This document shows positions 32,319 to 36,457 of a stretch of DNA of 36,457 bases, piece by piece (within the stretch, counting starts at the first letter, position 1; each line of letters opens with the position of its first letter). The position numbers were made by a program, and so were the translations under genes. The stretch is from a virus. The notes beneath the pieces are model-generated. The model was not told the origin of the DNA and ran no database searches. It saw only the letters and a program-made list of their open reading frames with translations. The stretch lies in IMG/VR virus record IMGVR_UViG_3300045988_175898; one strand, written 5' to 3'.

Positions 32319-32628
32319 CGGGTGAATGGTTGACCTGTTACCCCGTCAACCGAAAAAAAATAATAGATAGGAGTTAGAAATCACACACGATGGCCGGGGG
32401 GGCTTGACGTGTATATTCTTCATCACTTTGTTTTGGTTTTTGCTTTTCCCCCGGCCATCATCAGGCTGCCGCAGTCCGCGACGGATAGCGGCAGCCACCC
32501 CGCAGGCGATAGGCCGCTAAACGGATAGGCGGCAAGAAGATAGCACGCCGGGGCCAGTCATCAGCACAGACGCTGGATAGCCCGCTTGATGGTGCCCCCC
32601 GGTCTTGAGCAACAACGTTAGGACATTA

Positions 32629-32656
32629 ACGGGTTCGACTCCCGCCGCCTGCGCCA
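32629..32656 (+). other. tRNA/tmRNA-like 3' module (T arm, acceptor 3' strand, encoded GCCA)
   Basis: ACGGG-TTCGACT-CCCGC followed by CGCCTGC-G-CCA. The exact complement GCAGGCG lies at 32502-32508. Confidence 0.4.
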
Positions 32657-32659
32657 CGC

Positions 32660-32817
32660 TTTAAGTTTGGTTCCAAGTTGATGAGTTTATGAGTTGAAAA
32701 GTTTATGTGGTCACCTCTGCAAGTTCGAACTCTTAAAAGCGACCTCTTAACTCTTCAACTCCTAAACTTATAAACTTAAAAAAACTCCAAACTCCTACTC
32801 TAACTCCAAAAGACCAT
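32660..32817. repeat. IPE-15: G-type core variant, forward
   Basis: ACCTCTGCAAGTTCGAACTCTTAAAAG at 32713-32739. Confidence 0.9.
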
Positions 32818-35727
32818 ATGATAAGAATTGAAAACCTATATCGTGCCACCAACGAGGGGCTCGATATCATACTGCACTACTACCCGCAGGCCCGCGAGGT
32901 GGTGGGCACCAAAAACAAGTTCAGGGTGCGCCCCGCCGACAAAACGCCCTCGGCCTGCCTCTACCTGTGCCACACACAGGGGGGCGAGGGTGTGTGGAAG
33001 GTTACCGACTTTGGCGATGAGGGCCACGCCCAGAGCCCGCTCGACATCTGCATGAGAGAGGAGGGCATCGACCGCCCCTATGAGGCAGTGCTCAAGCTGG
33101 CCGCCATGTTCGACGTGAGTGACGAGCTGAACCGCTCCATCAACAAGCCCGACATAAAGCACCGCCCCGCCACGGCCGACGAGAAGGACGGCACACGCAT
33201 CTTTGCCCTGCTTGAGCGCATACCCGAGGGCCACCTCAAAGTGCTTGGCCCGAGGGTGACGCACGCCGACACCGATGCGCTGCACTGGTACGAGGCGGAG
33301 TATGTGGGCTATGTCAAGAACCGCGAGGTGACGCTCAAGTACTCCACCGACAACTACCCCATATTCATGCGCGAGTGTGTGGTGGAGGAGGGCGGCGGCG
33401 AGAAGGCCGAGGTAAAGTTTTACAAAATATATGAGCCATTGAACCCCGACAAGGGTTTTCGCTTCAGCTATCACCCCGCAGGGGGCAAGCCCAAGGCCTA
33501 CATCAACGGGCTGCACGAGCTAAAGCAGCTGTGGCGCAAGCTGAACGCCGACGAGGAAGCGGCCTTTTACCGCGACCCCGCCAACGAGGGCAAGCCCTAC
33601 CGGGAGCAAAAGCTGAAGGAGGCCTTCATTTGTTCGGGCGAGCGCGACTCGCTGTGCTGCCACTCCATGGGCTACAGCCCGCTGTGGTTCAACTCCGAAA
33701 CGTACCGCCTGAGCGAGGCAGAGTACAAGGAGGTGATGAAGTATGTGGAGGTGCTCTACAACATTCCCGACCTCGACAGCACAGGCGTGCGCAAGGGGCG
33801 CGAGCTTGCGCTGCGCTTCATAGACATACACACCATGTGGCTGCCGCAGAGCCTCACGGGCTACCGCGACAACCGCGGCCGCCCGCGCAAGGACCTGCGC
33901 GACTGGCAGGAGCTGCGCGACAGGCGGAGCGACTTTGCGGGCCTGATGGCGCTGGCCATGCCTGCCAAGTTCTGGACGGAGCGCACCAACCGCAAGACGG
34001 GGGCCGTGACGTATGACATCGACACGGAGTGCCTGTACAACTTCCTCAGGCTGAACGGCTTTTACACCCTGCACGACGACAACATAAAGGAGGCGCGCTA
34101 CATACACGTGCAGGGCAACATTGTGCGCGAGGTGAAGGCCAAGGACCTGCGCCGCTTCATAAGCGAGTGGGCCGAGGAGCGGTGCCTGCCGCGTCCCGTG
34201 CGCAACCTCATTCACAACTCGCCAAGGCTGAGCGACTCGGCCCTTGACAACATGCGCGAGGTTACGCTCGACTTTACCAACTACACGCCCACCACGCAGC
34301 TGTTCTTTTTCCCCGGCAAAACGATTGAGGCCACCCCCACGGGTCTTGTGGAGCACTCAGGCGGGGAAGGTCTTGACCGCTATGTGTGGCAGGAGAATGT
34401 GCTGGAGCACCGCGTCACGCTCATGCCCCCCATGTTCGAGGTGGAGCGCAGCGTCACGCCCACGGGCGAGGCGCGCTTCGGGGTGAAGGTGATTGACAGC
34501 GAGAGCAGCCCCCTGTTTGGCTACGTAATCAACACGAGCCGCGTGCACTGGCGCAAGGAGCTGGAGTACAACTTTGCCGAGCGCGACGCCTCGGAGGCCG
34601 AAGCCTACCACCGCGCCCACAAGTTCTGCATCGACGGCGAGGGCCTCACGCCCGACGAGCGGCACGAGCAGGAGCAGAACCTTGTCAGCAAACTCTTTGC
34701 CATAGGCTACATGCTGCACCACTACAAAAGCCCCTCGCGGGCGTGGGCCCCCATGGCCATGGACAACAAGATTGGCGAGGACGGCGAGTGCAACGGCCGC
34801 AGCGGCAAGTCGTTCCTGTTCAAAGCCCTCAGCCTCTTTATGAAAACGGTGAAGCTGAGCGGCCGCAACGCCAAGTTGATGGACAACCCCCACGTGTTCG
34901 ACCAAGTGACGCAGCACACCGACTTTGTGCTGGTTGACGACTGCGACCGCCACCTCGACACGGGGGCATTTTACGACCTCATAACCTCGGACATGACCGT
35001 CAACCCCAAGAACAACCAGAGCTACACCATACCCTTTGAGCAAAGCCCGAAGTTTGGCTTTACCACCAACTATGTGCCGCGCGACTTCAGCCCCAGCACC
35101 GAGGCGCGCCTGCTTTACCTTGTGTTCAGCGACTACTACCACCAGCGCACCGAGGGCAACGACTACCTTGAGAGCCGCAGCATACGCGACGACTTCGGGC
35201 GCGACCTCATAAGCTCCTCGTACAAGGAGGAGGATTGGAACGCGGACATAAACTTCTTTATGCAGTGCTGCCAGTTCTACCTGTCGATGTGCCAGGAGAG
35301 CGTCAAGCCCATGCCGCCCATGGGCAACATACTTAAGCGCAAGTTCAAGGCCGACATGGGCACCAACTTTGAGGAATGGGCCAACGTGTACTTTGCCGAG
35401 GAGGGCGACAACCTCGACACCTTCATCGTTCGCCGCGAGGCCTACGACGCCTTTATAGACGATGCCAAGGTGAACAAGAACTTTTACACCATGAACAAGT
35501 TCACCAAGGCCTTGCGCTCCTTTGCCGCCCTCTGCCCCTACGTGTACGACTACAACCCCGCCGACTTGCTCAACTCGCAGGGCCGCATCTCGCGCCGCAT
35601 CGACGGCAAGAGCGAGGACATGATATATCTGCGCTCCACCAAGAGCCAGGCCAACCGCGAAAGCCTCGACACGGGGGCGCACCTCGACCCCGGGGCGGGA
35701 TTTGTGCCGGACGAGAGCGAAGGCTAA
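32818..35727 (+). CDS. bifunctional DNA primase (Toprim-like) / SF3-type helicase
   Basis: 969 aa. It has a Toprim-like CSGERDSLCC...NIPDLDSTG, a Walker A motif NGRSGKSF and a Walker B motif FVLVDDCD. Confidence 0.75.
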   Translation: MIRIENLYRATNEGLDIILHYYPQAREVVGTKNKFRVRPADKTPSACLYLCHTQGGEGVWKVTDFGDEGHAQSPLDICMREEGIDRPYEAVLKLAAMFDVSDELNRSINKPDIKHRPATADEKDGTRIFALLERIPEGHLKVLGPRVTHADTDALHWYEAEYVGYVKNREVTLKYSTDNYPIFMRECVVEEGGGEKAEVKFYKIYEPLNPDKGFRFSYHPAGGKPKAYINGLHELKQLWRKLNADEEAAFYRDPANEGKPYREQKLKEAFICSGERDSLCCHSMGYSPLWFNSETYRLSEAEYKEVMKYVEVLYNIPDLDSTGVRKGRELALRFIDIHTMWLPQSLTGYRDNRGRPRKDLRDWQELRDRRSDFAGLMALAMPAKFWTERTNRKTGAVTYDIDTECLYNFLRLNGFYTLHDDNIKEARYIHVQGNIVREVKAKDLRRFISEWAEERCLPRPVRNLIHNSPRLSDSALDNMREVTLDFTNYTPTTQLFFFPGKTIEATPTGLVEHSGGEGLDRYVWQENVLEHRVTLMPPMFEVERSVTPTGEARFGVKVIDSESSPLFGYVINTSRVHWRKELEYNFAERDASEAEAYHRAHKFCIDGEGLTPDERHEQEQNLVSKLFAIGYMLHHYKSPSRAWAPMAMDNKIGEDGECNGRSGKSFLFKALSLFMKTVKLSGRNAKLMDNPHVFDQVTQHTDFVLVDDCDRHLDTGAFYDLITSDMTVNPKNNQSYTIPFEQSPKFGFTTNYVPRDFSPSTEARLLYLVFSDYYHQRTEGNDYLESRSIRDDFGRDLISSSYKEEDWNADINFFMQCCQFYLSMCQESVKPMPPMGNILKRKFKADMGTNFEEWANVYFAEEGDNLDTFIVRREAYDAFIDDAKVNKNFYTMNKFTKALRSFAALCPYVYDYNPADLLNSQGRISRRIDGKSEDMIYLRSTKSQANRESLDTGAHLDPGAGFVPDESEG

Positions 35728-35961
35728 AAGATTCAAGTTGAAGAGTTTAGGAGTTGAAAAGTCAAGATACGAGTTGAAAAGTTCAAGAGTTGAAAAGCTA
35801 AGAGGTTACCTCTGCTTGTCCAACTCTTAAAAGCGACCGCTGAACTCTTCAACTCATCAACTTTTCAACTTGACATTCCAACTTTTCAACTTGACATTCC
35901 TCTTAACTTTTCAACTCATCAACTTTTCAACTTATAAACTCCTAAACTTATAAACTTAAAA
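35728..35961. repeat. IPE-16: T-type core, forward
   Basis: ACCTCTGCTTGTCCAACTCTTAAAAG at 35808-35833. TTGACATTCC occurs twice (35870-35879 and 35891-35900) and CTTATAAACT occurs twice. Confidence 0.9.
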
Positions 35962-36390
35962 ATGATGCAAAAAGAACACCTCGTACCCCCGGGCAGCGTG
36001 CCCGACGCCACACGCATACTTACGAATGTGGCCTACCTCATGGGCGATGTGACCAACACCCTCATGATGGACGCACAAAGCCGCGTGGAGCGGCTCGGCT
36101 TCGACCTCAAGCACGACTGCAAGCAACGCTGGCGCATGGCCATGCGACAAACCGAACTGGCCAAAAGAGCCTGGGCCAGCTTTGCCCGCGAAATGTACAC
36201 CCTCGAAGATGCCGCACAGGCCTGCGACGACAGCGACTACTTTGCCGACCTAATCCTCCTCATTGCCGACCGCGTGGGCGACAACCACCGCCGGCAACAA
36301 ATGGTGCGCAACATGATTAAACGCCTCAAAAGCGAAGCACACATCTACGACGAACTCAACCAAGGACACCGCCCCGGCGAAGACTTTTAA
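35962..36390 (+). CDS. hypothetical protein
   Basis: 142-aa ORF starting right after the CTTATAAACTTAAAA box. Confidence 0.5.
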   Translation: MMQKEHLVPPGSVPDATRILTNVAYLMGDVTNTLMMDAQSRVERLGFDLKHDCKQRWRMAMRQTELAKRAWASFAREMYTLEDAAQACDDSDYFADLILLIADRVGDNHRRQQMVRNMIKRLKSEAHIYDELNQGHRPGEDF

Positions 36391-36457
36391 CCACATAGGC
36401 GAAGAGAAAAAACAGTTACGGGAGAGAGAAAAAACAGTTACGGGAGAGAGAAAAAAC

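Noticed and set aside
32389-32656. Full-length tmRNA (ssrA) gene
   Set aside because: The 3' end is tmRNA-like, but I find no GGGG...-type 5' end pairing with it at tmRNA distance. I also find no tag-peptide reading frame ending in a hydrophobic ...AA stop. I report it only as a tRNA/tmRNA-like 3' module.
34357-35736. 459-aa minus-strand ORF, and 33520..34356 (278 aa), antisense to the primase/helicase gene
   Set aside because: This is the same compositional artefact. The plus frame has Toprim and Walker A/B motifs and is uninterrupted for 969 codons.
779-35961. CRISPR array interpretation of the GTTGAAAAGTT-type repeats
   Set aside because: The repeats are organised as inverted arms around a conserved core and are separated by whole genes, not by ~30-nt unique spacers. 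No cas genes are present.

Overview
The window is a complete, circularly closed genome of a temperate tailed phage or excised prophage. Nt 1-55 are identical to nt 36403-36457, so the unique length is about 36.4 kb. The host is most likely a Bacteroidota bacterium. Supporting this: several TTTG-N19-23-TAnnTTTG promoters, a Bacteroidales-type tyrosine integrase with an N-terminal arm-binding region, an attP carrying the 3' part of tRNA-Pro(UGG), two DUF5053-like proteins and an HU_HIG-like protein. I call 41 CDS, 40 on the + strand and 1 on the - strand (a CI-like repressor). The recognisable modules are:
- Packaging and head: TerL, a ClpP-like prohead protease/scaffold, a major capsid protein and a candidate portal.
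- Lysis: holin, amidase and a unimolecular-spanin-like lipoprotein.
- Tail: a 1403-aa tape measure protein plus a downstream tail protein.
- Lysogeny: attP, integrase, HicB-like protein, repressor and excisionase.
- Replication: a Toprim primase / SF3 helicase.
- Four promoter-plus-terminator moron cassettes and an orphan N6-adenine methyltransferase with an (AKA)n tail.

The standout feature is non-coding. A family of about 16 long composite intergenic palindromic elements (IPEs) fills nearly every non-overlapping gene junction. Each has GTTGAAAAGTT-type arms around a conserved 26-nt core beginning ACCTCTGC. By hand tally they occupy roughly 7% of the genome. I cannot match these elements to any known phage regulatory or repeat class.

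Other unexplained structures:
- Two paralogous loci of 22-nt-phased A-tracts with embedded inverted repeats.
- A perfect 43-bp inverted repeat.
- A field of 12 TGTATCA/TGATACA iterons.
- 11-nt-phased TGTGAGC repeats on both attP arms, and again in inverted form 3.3 kb away.
- A tRNA/tmRNA-like 3' module upstream of the primase gene.

All protein family calls rest on motif recognition by eye, not on database searches.
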